Counted from the stretch's first letter, positions 28,539-41,565 are shown. The stretch: DNA of 64,000 nucleotides from Tubiluchus corallicola (GCA_030141605.1 JAQGDQ010000268.1:16281-80280); one strand, 5' to 3'. Notes: generated from the sequence alone by a model not told the origin. Numbers and translations: made by a program.

Positions 28539-29800
28539 TTAATTCAATCCAACATTTTTGCTTGAATTTACTTTTAAGAAAGTTAAAAATTTCAGGTTTG
28601 TGACTTGAAAGTTTTTGCCTTTTTCATCATCTATTGCACCCGCTGCACTAAAAACCCCTTCCGATTCAATTGAGCTATGTGGGATTGATGATAATTTTGC
28701 AGCTAAGGTGCTTAATTCTGGGAAAGTGTTTTTCTGCACACTCAGTGTTGGCGAACACCAGCACTAGCAGTTTCTACTGGTCCTTCTGCCAAATAATCAT
28801 CAACCATTTGCTTCGCATTTGTTTCTGCTTTTTATATCACACCAGCAGTTGCTTGATCGAGGTGTAACTGGCTTTGTTGCTTATTTTGCTGATGTTGTTT
28901 TTTTGCAAGCTCAAGGTAATTAAATATACTTTTTTTGGCATTACCATTGTCATACTGTGTAATTTTTGCTGCACAATGATCCATTATTTTATCTGCTACC
29001 ATTTCACTTACTGATTTACTCACTAATTATTTGACACAGTGTCGTTATGACAACTAGCTGTCGTACTGCCAACAGCTACATTACCACCACCACCAGATAC
29101 TACTGCACTGCTCTCACCAATTTGTGCTACTGTGCATTCACTGCCATTGTTCCCTGTGTTGCAAGCTTTCGCAGCCATTTCGTTTTTCACATGCAGTAAC
29201 TTTACTAGTTCAGACACTAGATAATATTTGCTAATTTCATTGCCTTGATCATATTTATAATACAATACGTCATGCAAAAATTGGGAAATGTTTTCTCGTG
29301 AATGAGTAACTTTGATGATTTTCATGCCCAGTTATCTAACATATAGTTTGTATGCACTCACTTCAAATAAGCAGAAATGAGCATTTACTCCTATAAAAGA
29401 GTCAAACTTTGTGCTGCCCCATGTGTCAGTGGCCAAGTTTACATGTAAAGCTTAAGAAAGCTCTTTTCGCAACTGTTCTGTAACTTCTTTATACAAATAT
29501 GGAATAGCAGTGTTTGACATGTATGTCCTGCTTGGAATTTCATACCTTGGTTTAAGAGTAGTTAGAAGACATCTAAAACTTTCATCTTCAACTGTAGAAA
29601 TAGGCTGACAATGTTTAACGATCATATACCCAATTTGCTCTGTTATTTTTTAGCAGTATCACTGAATGGCATTTTAGAACAAAATGAACTTTGCGTGAAC
29701 TTAGTTTGCTTCCTGCTAGAATCACCTTGTGATTCATTACTTTTTTGCGCTGCTTTTCGGCAAGTTCATAGTCACTTTTGTGATGCCTGTTTAAATGTAG
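28539..29800 (-). pseudogene. Decayed, internally deleted hAT (ZBED1/4-like) transposase
   Basis: Minus-strand translation gives IGYMIVKHCQPISTVEDESFRCLLTTLKPRYEIPSRTYMSNTAIPYLYKEV…LS*ALHVNLATDTWGS…FIGVNAHF, which includes the first catalytic D and an in-frame TAA at 29452-29454. It then gives HSRENISQFLHDVL and a C-terminal hATC-like FPELSTLAAKLSSIPHSSIESEGVFSAAG…FL. Stops and frameshifts are present. A possible TIR cagagatgggat is at 27709. Confidence 0.85.
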
Positions 29801-30029
29801 TCTCAGGGCTGTGGTTCCTCGCGTGGCACAGTCTCTGCCGCCTTGGGAATACTGAACTTCAGTGAATCAAATCGGATCGAAGTTCCAATTTGGGTTCGAA
29901 GCTCTGGCTCTGGCATGATTTATTCGTTTGTTTGTTTGTTTTTGATGGAGTGGCTTACCTAAGAAAAATTAATGTTGCAATGTTTTTGGATTTAAGTGTG
30001 CTTAATGATTAATGTTTAAAGATCATAAT

Positions 30030-30300
30030 GCTTCATTAAAAGTAAACAAATTTTATTTTTTACATAATTTTTTGCCTATATTTTCCTATAAAATTAAATG
30101 CAATTTTGCTCAAATAAATTCAAACATTGTTTGATATTTCGGTTGATTGGTCCTGGAGACCCTAAAACTTCCCAGTCGTTCAAATTATCACTGAAGTTAT
30201 GCCGCGTTGCCGGTAAAAGCATGTCACAAGCTATTATGTAAACGAAATTTTCGCTTTATTTGAACTATTGTAGCCAAGATTTTTCGGCGGTTTTGAGGTG
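30030..30300 (+). repeat. Dispersed repeat copy B (homologous to 4560-4850)
   Basis: Colinear similarity to the KMT2C intronic copy (see copy A). Confidence 0.7.
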
Positions 30301-32599
30301 GAAAGAAAAGATAAATTGGATAAAGACTAGAAAAACTTGGCAAAAAATTGCTACCAAAAATTATCAGAAATTTTGGCTATGAAACTTAAAGGACGAGAAA
30401 AAGGTGTACCTGAAGTAGGTTTCAGAAAAAAAATGCCTAAAGAAATTATATCACTTTATAGCAATTTTATGCATATATCGTACTTGCGTTGAAAGGATTT
30501 TTCATTTTAAATCCCGTGCGACACTGTTCCGACAGCTTTTAGGCACAAGTTTTTGGCGAACCAAATTATTCAAACCAACTTTTTTACAATTTTATTTTGT
30601 CATAACTGAATTTCGGAAATTTTTATTTACCGAAACTGAACATTTGGTGAAGTTTGCCAACATTTTTAGTTTTTTTGCCAAACTACTGAAAAAATTCAAA
30701 TCACAAACAGTTGCTTTAGTTAATCACGTAGTCAAAATTTTTGATTTTGTGTCAATCCTCAATATTTTACACCTAAACTTCAATTTGCTACATTAATAGA
30801 TTATGGTCAGGTGTTGGCAGCGCATTGTTTACCAGCACTTAACACATTTACTCTAAATTCACCAAAAACTAGTATATTGACAGTGATCACTTGGGACCAT
30901 CGTAAATACAAACGCCTTCATGGCATCCAGGCACATCATCCCAAATGGTAATTTTATGAATTGCTCCTACGGCAGAAAATGTAAACATTGTGTTGAAAAG
31001 TGTCGGTTTGTTTGCCAGGCCTAGTTGTACTGCTTAATGGCGGTGCACGTCTCCGACAAAAATAACTAATGGTAAATACTATTTTTTTTACTGGTGATGA
31101 CTGAATTTGTTTAAACAAATCGAATCGAAGCCAGTGTTTTGGCATTAAGGTTTTGTTATGCTCATCCGAAACCGAATTTTTTTAGAGAAAAATTTCCGAA
31201 ACTAAACTAAAGTTAGCAAATTTTTTTCTACCAATGAAACAGATGAACTGAGAATTTGTTTGGTTTGACAGCCAAAATCTAACTCTTTCCGAATTTTGGT
31301 GATTGAAGTTGCTACTTGCTGGCATCACACTTTTTGAATTGCGCAACTTTAATCCCTTCAGAGAAAAAGGAAGTTGTAACATTTTTCTTTTCAGCTCCAA
31401 TTCATATGCGCTGATAAAATTGCGTGATTGTTCCAGTTCTTCGATATTACATTTAGATGTTCTTAGTGTTTGGTCAAAGACCTAATAAAATGTTTTGTAA
31501 TGTTTTAGTTTTGAAGTGAATTATTGAATTTGAATTCGCATGTGTGCGACTTTCAGGTGTTTTTTTGTATGTGTTTAAAACTCATCTTGTAAGATAACAC
31601 CTTGAATTCTGACCACATTAGTGAGGTCGTTGCTTAAGTCATACATCACCGAAACTTTGGGTCCTAAAGTGTTTGTCATGTTACTCACGTAAGTTATTTT
31701 AATACTGAATTGATCACATTTCATAATTTTCCACTGAATTTGTTTCCAGTTAATCATTCTTGAGACATCTAGAACAATGTATTATTAATACTGTTTTATT
31801 AAACCTTTTCATCAGGGATGAACCAAACTGTGTATAGGTTGTATACGTGTATAGGAACCTGGTTTATAGTGGACAGATATTCATGATCGTCATTCAAGTC
31901 AACATTTGTTGGTAATTCTACTGCTGAAGACGTATTTTGCTATCTTAATTAACTAAGTAATTCTAAGTAACTATGTGCTAGACCATTTATATTAAAGTTT
32001 CCCATACAACGAAACCTAAATCATTAGCATGTCAAACTGCATCTTTAAGATCGTTCTGTAGTTAACAAAATTGATTATGGTGTATTCACATAATTTACTG
32101 CACCTTGTACTCAAATTACTTATTATTATGCTAGGTTAATTGCTTAACCGGATGCCATGAACGCAAGACTACTTTGCGCCTGTCCCTTTCTCTCAACGTT
32201 CTCACATTTTCCTTTCTTTTGATCAAGTTTTCTTTCAAAACTCGTTAGTTCAACATTTGTGGGTTTATTCCATCATAAAAATAATGATCTTAAAATTAAG
32301 ATTATGAATAATTGCTATAAGGTTGATACAGAATAGAGCGGTTACTGGTTACTTGGGCTGGTTAAACACCTGTTTAGGATTTTAGTTTTGTTGTGATCAG
32401 TAGGTGTGGTTGTTGTGTACATGAAATGCGTACTTGCTCGCATATTCACACCTTGTCATGTCTGTAAATGGTTAACGAACCATTTGATTTTTGTTTTATG
32501 GATTGGCACCCAATTAGCTAGCATTGTGTAGAATAATATACAAAGGCATTGCTAAATAAGATGTACTTTAGTCAAATACCCCAATCCAAACCAGTTGCT

Positions 32600-33021
32600 G
32601 GCCTGGAAAAGTTAGTTTTGCGCAGGGTTAAGAATGCGCAAACTGTGCAATCGAGGGCGAAGATTAGCATGCTAATTGTAGAACGAGGATTACGCAATTT
32701 AAGCACTAGTTCTTTGTAATCCGCAGCGTCGCAGCATGGTGGCAAGGCTGAATGATTCACAGCCGCTGCACACGCGCAGAGTAGGCAGGCTGAGTTTTTC
32801 TTTGTTCCGTGCAGCTGGCTTGCTAGTGCTGCGCAGTGGCTGCTGCTTTGACAGATGACGATAATGAACGTTGCGCATTGGATGCTGCTGCTCTGTACTA
32901 CATTATGTCAGTGTTTAGTCAGTAGGAATACACAAAGGATTTGCTGAGTATGATGATGTGTTGCTTTGTGCGTGTATCGTCGGGAGGATAATATATATAT
33001 AATATTCCAGGCATTAATTTG
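32600..33021 (+). promoter_or_regulatory. Candidate promoter and first (leader) exon of brat
   Basis: The stretch at 32620-32900 is CpG/GC-rich and is followed by a strong donor TTG|GTGAGT at 33022. There is no other plus-strand gene before the brat acceptor at 53642. The link to brat is inferred. Confidence 0.5.
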
Positions 33022-34683
33022 GTGAGTACTGGGTCTCTTAGCTTGTATTTAAACTTCACATTCCGAATAAGATTATATGTGTAAATCAGTATGTCTTTAT
33101 AGAGCCACTTATGGATTGTAGCTGGAACATTAACATCTGTTTACTCTTAATTTACGATGATTAAAACCTGTTAGTTGCATCATTTTGATTAGCTGTCTCC
33201 AATAATAAAATGTAATGATTTATGAGACTTTTTATTGTTAACTTTTTTAGAGTGTTGCCGCCATAGGTTTTATATTTTACTGAATCGGAGGAAATCCTCT
33301 TTGTCTCACGCTTGTTTTTAAGTATTCAAATAATTGGCGATTTCCTGTGATTTTGTTTTGCGTATTCCAATAAACGTTGTTGTCCCGTGAATCAATATAT
33401 AGATTAGCAGTTGAACTTTTTACCGTGTCATTCCTTTTTGCTCTGTATTGCAGCTGTTTCCATTTCCCCTTCAAAGTAACTTGCATGTTTCATAACTAAA
33501 TTAAACCAAATTGTCACGTGTAATTGCATTAAATTGACATCAAAGTTTCTTCAAGAATCTCCTCCTTGCAATACCTTTTTCGTCACTTTACATCACTTTG
33601 TTGAATTGGTTTTGCAGTATCAAACTGATACTTGCTGATTCGCGTCTTTAGAGCGTGTATGCTTTTTTCTTTATTTTTTTGTACGACCCGGCTTTTTTGT
33701 CTTTGTGACAGAGTTGGTTCGACAACTTCAAATTGATTTTTATATCATTGTTTGAATGAACTAGTTACTGGATATGGTAATATATTTAAGTTTGACCAAC
33801 GTAATGAATATATACATGTGTGTTTTTGATACCGTGTTTTTCTGCAGGCAATAAATTTCCTCCGGAATAATTGCAAAACAAAGTTTTCACATTAATGATG
33901 TGCGTCTTTATTAGAGCGTTTTTATCGTAATTTATTTGTTAATGTATATTTTATTCTTCCGCTTTGGTTTTGCTTATTATTTACAGACAGTATCAAATAT
34001 TAATTCTTATAGGTGGTTATAGCGTCGGTACAATACTAGGTTTGCAGTCTTTGTTGTAGACTATCTTTGTTCTGCAACACCAACATGTGCATCTGCCAGG
34101 GCGTTCACTAAACTAAAGCTTCTCCAATCTCCATAGTTACAAGCAAGTCTGTAAACAGCTTTTCAGTTATATTACCCTGCAGAGAATCTACAGCCATGCT
34201 ATAACATACTGTCCATACAAACGGTTCTCTCTTCATTGATTTCACCATGAGTAACATGCAGTCCTATAAATAGCCTGATAGACGTAAATATTATGCTGTT
34301 ACGTTGTTTGCCAGCCGGAGCCGTCAGGGCCCCCGAGATAAAGGACGTCCTTCCTTTGCAGTCGTTTTTTCAAGGTCACACAAATTTGTGTTTAACTTTT
34401 ACGTCTCTTTGTATTGTGTGATTTTTCTTTGTGAACTGTGTTAACAATAATTGTGCAAGCCGACTTTCCTTTGATGAACATTTGAGAAAATGTGCTTGCA
34501 CTTTGCAGACAAATAAAAATTTTTGAAACTGTATGAAAAGGTAACAAGATAAAACCGCATTTAAACCTGATACGTTTCGCTGAAACAGAAGAGCAATTTT
34601 TCCGCGAATTAGGCGTTAGATTCTTCATAACAGGAATAGGTAGAGTTAGATAAAAATCTCACAATGAAGATTGAAAGAAAGGC

Positions 34684-34720
34684 ACGTTTCAGCCTACCAC
34701 TGTGGACATCTTCAGATGAA
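34684..34720 (-). other. Degenerate Penelope-type hammerhead ribozyme core
   Basis: Minus strand reads CTGAAGA-T-GTCCAC-AGTG-GTAGGC-T-GAAAC-GT. Both conserved boxes and stem II are present, but stems I/III and the cleavage triplet are not intact. Confidence 0.35.
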
Positions 34721-35847
34721 TAGTAAAAAAGAAAATGCACAAATGATCACTGTTGTTGTGACAAGTGCTTTTTTATACTTTTTCTTGTGATGGTAGTATA
34801 CAAAAATAGTAATTAGTGATCATCTGTGCTTTCCCATTTTTTTTGTGATCCATGCTACAGTAATGGGCTAAAATGTTGTCTTTTTTCTTTTTTGCTGGAT
34901 TTTTATTCCCTAAATTGCCACTAGAAAAGGTGTTGTTGTTTCATTAATTTCGGTGCCTCGCTGTGCATGTTCACTCCTTTGTCAGAATGCACAAGGTCCT
35001 CTAATTCTAGCAGGCAAACGAAATATTATTCATTATGTGTAATGTGTAGTAGTGATCGAGTGGTTTTTTTTGATAAATTTTGTAACAATATTTTGTTTGG
35101 AGTGATATCTGTCAACAATATTTTTTCTGTTGACAGATATCACTTTTTCTAAAATACTCGCGTATCAATTGATAAATAAATGCGACTTTCAACTCTGCCG
35201 CTGAGAAAAACTAAAATTCCGCACAGCATGCCTTAGGCCTGCTAATAATTGTTTTATTATGATTGTTTCAAATAGAGGAAATAAATGATTTATTATTATT
35301 ATTATTATTACTATTATAAAATTCCATAGAAAATTACTATATATCGATTTTTTTATACATTTTCCATTTTTCTTTTCGCGTTTTTGTCCATAGTGGAATT
35401 TTTTAATAGTATTTATTCTAGGCATTTTTAATAGTTGTTTCAATTTGTCATTAAGCAATATATCAATGTTATAATTTCTAAATATTATTTAGTCGCTTGG
35501 TTTGCGACTGATGCGGGCAATATTCGGTAAACACTAAACGTGTCAAAAACTGTGAAAAGTTGGTTATTGCATTGGTATGGAAGCATCCTATGGAGCTCAA
35601 CTATATGCTGTACACATGGCAGCAACTCAAGCGTGTCAGCTGGATTGCATGCAGGGCAAAGTACAGCCTTGACTAGCTTCGTGAACTTGCTCCTGTTTGT
35701 TTTTGTCGGCGAATTTCAGGCTAGACGCTCAGCTCGCCCGGAATAAGCAATAAACTAAACAATTTCTGCTTCACTAGGATTTTCCCAAAAATTCTTGTCA
35801 TTTTTAAGATTTAAAATCAGACGAGTTTTTTTATCCTAAATGAGTGT

Positions 35848-36456
35848 TTTACAGCCGAAATGGAAAATTGGGTTAATTTATTTTTTGCAGCAAAACACCG
35901 TGTGCTATAAACAATTTAACGTTTCGTTACTTTCATGGAAAATAAGATTCCGTTTTCGCTTGAACATCCGTACGTAAGGTCTTGTATCGGGTGTTGATTC
36001 AATTCTCATATCAGTGATATGATTACATTATTGCACACCGGCAAATGTGCAATACTTTGAATAAATAGACGCCCACGGTTTCACTGTAGCAAGCTACTTT
36101 AAGCGTGTTTATTTTCTTTGTACACTGTTCTTCAACGATCAACTCGCTTTAAAGCAATTTAGATATTTTTTAAATTTCCCAAAAACTAGGCAGGTTAATT
36201 AACTCAGAAATTTTTTTAATATGATTTCCATCGTGCATGCGTTTGGTAAAAAATTGTGTGAGTATAATTGCAAGTTATATTGCTTATTAATATAATATAA
36301 TATAGATATCACTGATATGAGAACTGGATCAACTGATACAAGACCTTACTTACGGATGTTCAAGGGAAAACACTATCGTATTTTCCGTGAAAGTAGCGAA
36401 ACGTTAAATTGTTGCACAAAATAAATTAACCCTATTTTCCATTTCCGCCGTATAAA
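35848..36456. mobile_element. Foldback/MITE with ~150-170 bp inverted arms
   Basis: 35848-36020 (…aacatccgtacgtaaggtcttgtatc…ttctcatatcagtgatat) is the reverse complement of 36306-36456 (atatcactgatatgagaa…gatacaagaccttacttacggatgtt…). Confidence 0.85.
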
Positions 36457-38236
36457 TATTCGTTTATATATTATATTATTGTAATATAATGTCCAAATTA
36501 TCTGTTACAAGTCTTTAGTAAAGATAATAATAAAAAGTTTTAAAACGAGATACGTAAAAATTAGTTACTCAGCAGTTTTACTCTTAGTAAGGAAATTATT
36601 ACGACATAGTTTCTGATCGTTCGTTACGGTACAAAAAATCGGCAAATGCATTATTTATGATGCAATGTCAATGCAGTTCAGTGTTGCCCGACATAAACAG
36701 TTTAGGGAAGTGTTTAGTTGTCAAACATTAGACTTTCTTTGAAGTGCAGGCGCTCGGTCTACTGATTGATGATCTCATTGCGAATTGTTTGTTTACTGTA
36801 GTAGTAGTATACAGGATGTTCCCACACCAAGCAAATCTGTACTTGGTGTTGGATAGTTGAACTGGTTCATGCTGTACGTGCTATGAGTCCCAGGCGATTC
36901 ACTGACATTAGGTAGTTGTGAAATCGTGCCGCGATATGATGTAATCTCTAGTCAGATGACGGGTGGTAGCCTGCTGGGTGCCAGAATTACCGGAAGTCCA
37001 GGAAATGGCGTCATTGTTCGTTTGTTATTGCTGAATTTACGTTACCGGTCAGGTGTCCACATCCGAGTCTTGACTTGAAAAAAATTTAATTTTTTCGTTT
37101 TAATTTCACCCATTATTTAGCTGCAGTTTGAGATGGGGAACCCCATGGGTATCACTCAGGCATGGACAGTTGAACATTTATTGTTTTACTTTGTGATTCG
37201 ACAGTTCAGCTTTGTGAGAAACCTAGGTGTAGTACTCATTACTCAATGGAAATAATTAATTGTGTTTGTACCATTGTTATTGGCGGCTCTGCTCAACATA
37301 ATTAATTATCTATACATAATGAATCTACAGTAGTTATATTATGTAGTGTTCTCTTAATAGCAAGTGAGCATACGCTTTAATCACGGTATCTGAAGCCATT
37401 CAAGAGACTTCCTTGAAATGCTGTAAAGAGACTTGTTTGCTAGTCAAGATATATTAAAGCGTACAACATTCATTAAGTGTGACATTTACATGCTAGTCTG
37501 ACAATCCTTTTGTGTTCACGTGACATTTACTGACATTGCTTCCACTAAGAGGTTGTATGTCTGTTTATCAGGTTGAATGTGTGCTCGCATTATACCCGGG
37601 AGTGATACAGTCACTGTGACGTAACTCATTTAGTTTGTTGTTGTGTTTAGCTGGAGAGCAATGAAAACTTTCGCTGCGAATTTTCTTGAAATTTCGCAAA
37701 CGTCTTTGAATTTTTAATGCCAAGAAACCGAGGTGCTGCTTTTGTGAGCGAGACAGAGAGTTTGCTGAATTCGTAGGCCTTGTCTGTTTATTATATTAAC
37801 CTCATGTACAACTGCCATTGATGTATAACACGTGGCTATTCTGTAACGATTTATATGAACGCCTTGGCTATCTAACGGCGGTTGTTCCATTGTCCAGGTA
37901 GGGACCACTTTTTATCTGCTTTTCGTTGACCTCATTATGCGTTTTCATTATTTGGCGACTTTTGTAGTAAATGTTTAGTCAAATGCTTTTCGCAAAATTT
38001 ATAACTGTTTTTTATATCGTCCGACAATTATCATCGAAATTTGAAATTGTTTTTATCTTAGTTTAGTCGATGGGACCTTTAATATCGCGTCTTGTGTGTT
38101 GTAGCCTGTTGTCTAAATAAGTCTGTCCATAAATTCAGTTAATTAATTCATGAAAATTGCCAACATTGTAGTTTGATGCTGTGCAAGTATAAATTAGCTC
38201 GTGCTCGATTTGGTCCGTTTTCTCTCTACCTTTGAC

Positions 38237-39860
38237 GGGTGTGCGGACATTTGGTCAACGATTGTGCTTTACCACAATACTTTTGGATACAAAAGGTAAT
38301 TTGCACATGTGTATAGGTTATTTGGGTGCACAGATAACTTGCAGACACAGATTTTTGGCACAGGAGATTAGGAAACATATGGTCATTGGGAACACGGGCC
38401 ACATGAATTTTGGACGGATAGACTTAGTAGTTGGACGCACAGGCCATTTGGAATTTTGGACACACGTCATTTTGCATGAAAATTGAACACTTCTAAGAGT
38501 GGGCATATAGACATGAATAGCTTATTTTTTTATTGTCCAACGTTTGGGAATCCTTATTGGAAGAAGCATCAATGATATTTTATTCTTAAGCTAAATGTTT
38601 AACCAAATCAATACAGTTTGTGCCGAATTCGCATTTTTACTGTGCATACGCGTCTTGGCACAAACAAAGTTTGCCAGCACGTCTGACTATGTTAAAATAT
38701 TTAGGTTGTAAAACACTGAAGCTTTATTCATTGAAGCTTATTTGCTCTGTCAAAAATTTAAAACAAAATAACCTGTAAAGACTACAACACTTACAACAAA
38801 TGCAGGCACTAGTCTGGGGTAATGAATTCATTCCAGAGATATCTAAATAAGCGGTTTTTTGTATTATGATCAATCAGTGATCGTGGATTGATCATTTCTC
38901 AGAAGGGGTACCTTTTTATGAAAATGCCTTATTTTACCTATTTGAGCGACTTGCCTGTAGACTGCATAGACTGTTAATTTTGGGGGAGTTGGATTTCACT
39001 AGCTAGGAAAAATCTTATTTGAAAAGTTTAGGTAATATGCCATTCGTTTGTAATCCACGTTTTTTCAGACATCAAAAATCTTTTGGAATTTATAAATTTG
39101 AAACCTACCCATCCCCTATAACGTAGTGTAGCTAAATAACCCGTGTTGCTAAATGGTACCATGTCCCTCTTAAATCCAAATGGATACCTGTCCTAAACAG
39201 TATGTGTCCAATTAATCTACATATCTAAATAACCTATGTATCCAAATCATCTGCTTTAACATTACCATATATTAGATTTAATTTATTCATAATCCTAGTT
39301 TCAAGATTACTTTAGTAGTATAATTCAATTTTTGAACCAAACATGGCCGAAATAAAGAACATGTAAGTCCGGACTGAACTCCAATTTGAACTAGTTTCCT
39401 TGGCTAATAGGTGACGTATATGTCCAAATTGCAAGTTCTGACTTTCAGGATGACTTGCTTATGTATGTTCGAATTACTTACGTATCAAAATAACTTGTAT
39501 GTAAAGAACTTATGTCCCAAAAATTACATAATGTAAATGATTTTGACTTAAGTGTCCAAGTCAGTTGCATGTTCAAATATCATTTGTGCCCAAATGACCT
39601 AAGTAATCAAAATACCTTGTGCCCAAGTTACCTTGCATCCAAACATCTTATGTGTCCAAAATATCTAGTGTCCAAATGTCCTCTGTCCCCTTGTGTTGCA
39701 GTCTTCTATGTTTCCCATGGAAAATATCTAGTGTCCAAAACATCTAGTGTTTGAATGGCATATATGTGTCAAAAAAATCCTTTGTCCACATAACCTATGT
39801 TACAAATGGCCCACGTGTCCAAAATCTTTGTGTCGACGTAACTTGTGTCCAAAAACCCTG
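38237..39860. mobile_element. Foldback-type element whose arms are degenerate ~20-bp tandem repeats in opposite orientation
   Basis: The left arm has (at)ttggaca(c) units and starts gggtgtgcggacatttgg. The right arm has (gt)gtccaaa(t) units and ends ccaaatgtcctctgtcccc at 39690, with further units to about 39860. Confidence 0.7.
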
Positions 39861-41443
39861 TAAACCCAAGGTTCCCAGAAGTTTCAAGTTTTCGTGTACG
39901 CGTATAAAATATTTCAATGTTCCCTCTAATTGCATCTCTCTTACTCACGGAATGAGTTTATACACTGTAGCCTTGTTAACTTGCTGTGTAATGGCATAGT
40001 AGATTTATTCATCTGTGAATTAATGAGATTTGTACATGAGTAAAGTGGCGAGGAATGTGTGGAAGAGTGCGCATGGAATTAAATTTTTTCACAAGTGAAA
40101 GCTGAGAATTTGAAACTACATTTTGACTGTAATGTTCTTTGACAAGACTTTCTATGTATTTGTGTCTGGCGATTTTTTGCTCAGAAATTTGCAAACTGTG
40201 TTGATTATTACCCTGAGTAGTACTTTTTGCATGGTGTGGATAAGAAGAAAATTTTCTGTGCACAATTAATATAACATAAAATGATGTTGTTTTGTTAATG
40301 ATTAGAATGTCTGCCCGCAGGAAACGCATTTGGACGCTTCGAGTCCATATTGTCTGTAGTGTGCCATGATCGGAATGGGTTCATCCTTTTAAGCAAACGT
40401 AATTTAAATAACGGTCTTGGACACGGTGTTATATTACGCAAATTCAGTATAGGGCTGATCGTAGGGCTCTTCTTATCATGTCACCTACCCTTTTCAGTTC
40501 TGTGCTGTGCGCTGTTGCATTTGGGCTGATTAGAAATTAGTTACACATAATTCAAAACATATTACTATTTTGATTTAAATTGACATATTTAGATTTGGCT
40601 TGATCAATAGCAACGTGAGAGCTTGTCAGATTTCCACTTTGATGAAATTTCTTTAAATTTATGGTTGTAAATTGAACATTTAGATGCAAAGGTAAAAGAA
40701 GGAAAATTCAACAGACGTCGTTTATTATTCAAACATTATTCGGAATTATAGGCTTTCACCCTGTTTAGCTGAACCCGGCAAGTGAGCATAGGTATACCAA
40801 CGCAACGAGATAATATTACGACTGCCTGGATTATTGTATTTCATTAAATTTGCAAAGAAAATAGCGGGCTGAGCAAATTCGTAAGTTAATTGTTTCCGTA
40901 GCTCCCACTCCCTAGGATTTGAATCCTGAGTGCTCTAAATTCGAATTCATTAAAAAATTCACACATCACGTGTTTAAGTTGTGGTTTCTTGTCTGGCAAT
41001 TTGGTTCTATTTGGCTGGCATTTTTTAACTATTAATTTCGTTTTTGTAACGTGTACGTGTACTTTCATCTCTCAACTAAACAACATAATTAGAACAGGAG
41101 ACGCTTTTCTCCAGTTACGCGTTTGACCCGCGTCTGTGAATCTCACTAAGTTCATAGCTTATCTTATGAATCAGTTAATTACAAGGCAACGAGTAGAGCA
41201 GCACATGGACGATAAAAATTCAGCATCTGTGTTGCTTTTCAAATTTCACTTTCATTAGCTGTGCTTTCTGCAAGGTTGCGCGACTTTGTTCTACTTTCAC
41301 GCATTTTCTCTACGTGCGTTAATCGCTTTTGCTCTCATAATGGCACTGACCAACTGACATACATTCTGTCAAAATCGCTTTCGCTTTTTCTATTTTGCTA
41401 AAACTGGTTCATGATCAAGAACGTCGACAATGGAGTGTGTATC

Positions 41444-41565
41444 GGATGAATGTCATGCTTCAAGGCTCTCACCACCCGTCCTGCAGCTACTGTTATACTG
41501 CAGGTATGCTATTAGATGATTGTCATGCTTCGAGGGTCTCCTCACCCGTCCGGCTGCTTGCTACG
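41444..41565 (+). repeat. Diverged tandem pair, ~71-bp period
   Basis: gatgaatgtcatgcttcaaggctctcaccacccgtcc / gatgattgtcatgcttcgagggtctcctcacccgtcc. Confidence 0.7.

Noticed and set aside
30500-31560. Coding-like minus-strand fragments
   Set aside because: Multiple stops and no recognisable homology. Possibly a TE remnant, but I cannot support that.
36819-37222. Su(H)/CSL sites (TTCCCACA, TGTGAGAA) suggesting Notch regulation of brat
   Set aside because: They are isolated, unpaired sites at a frequency compatible with chance.
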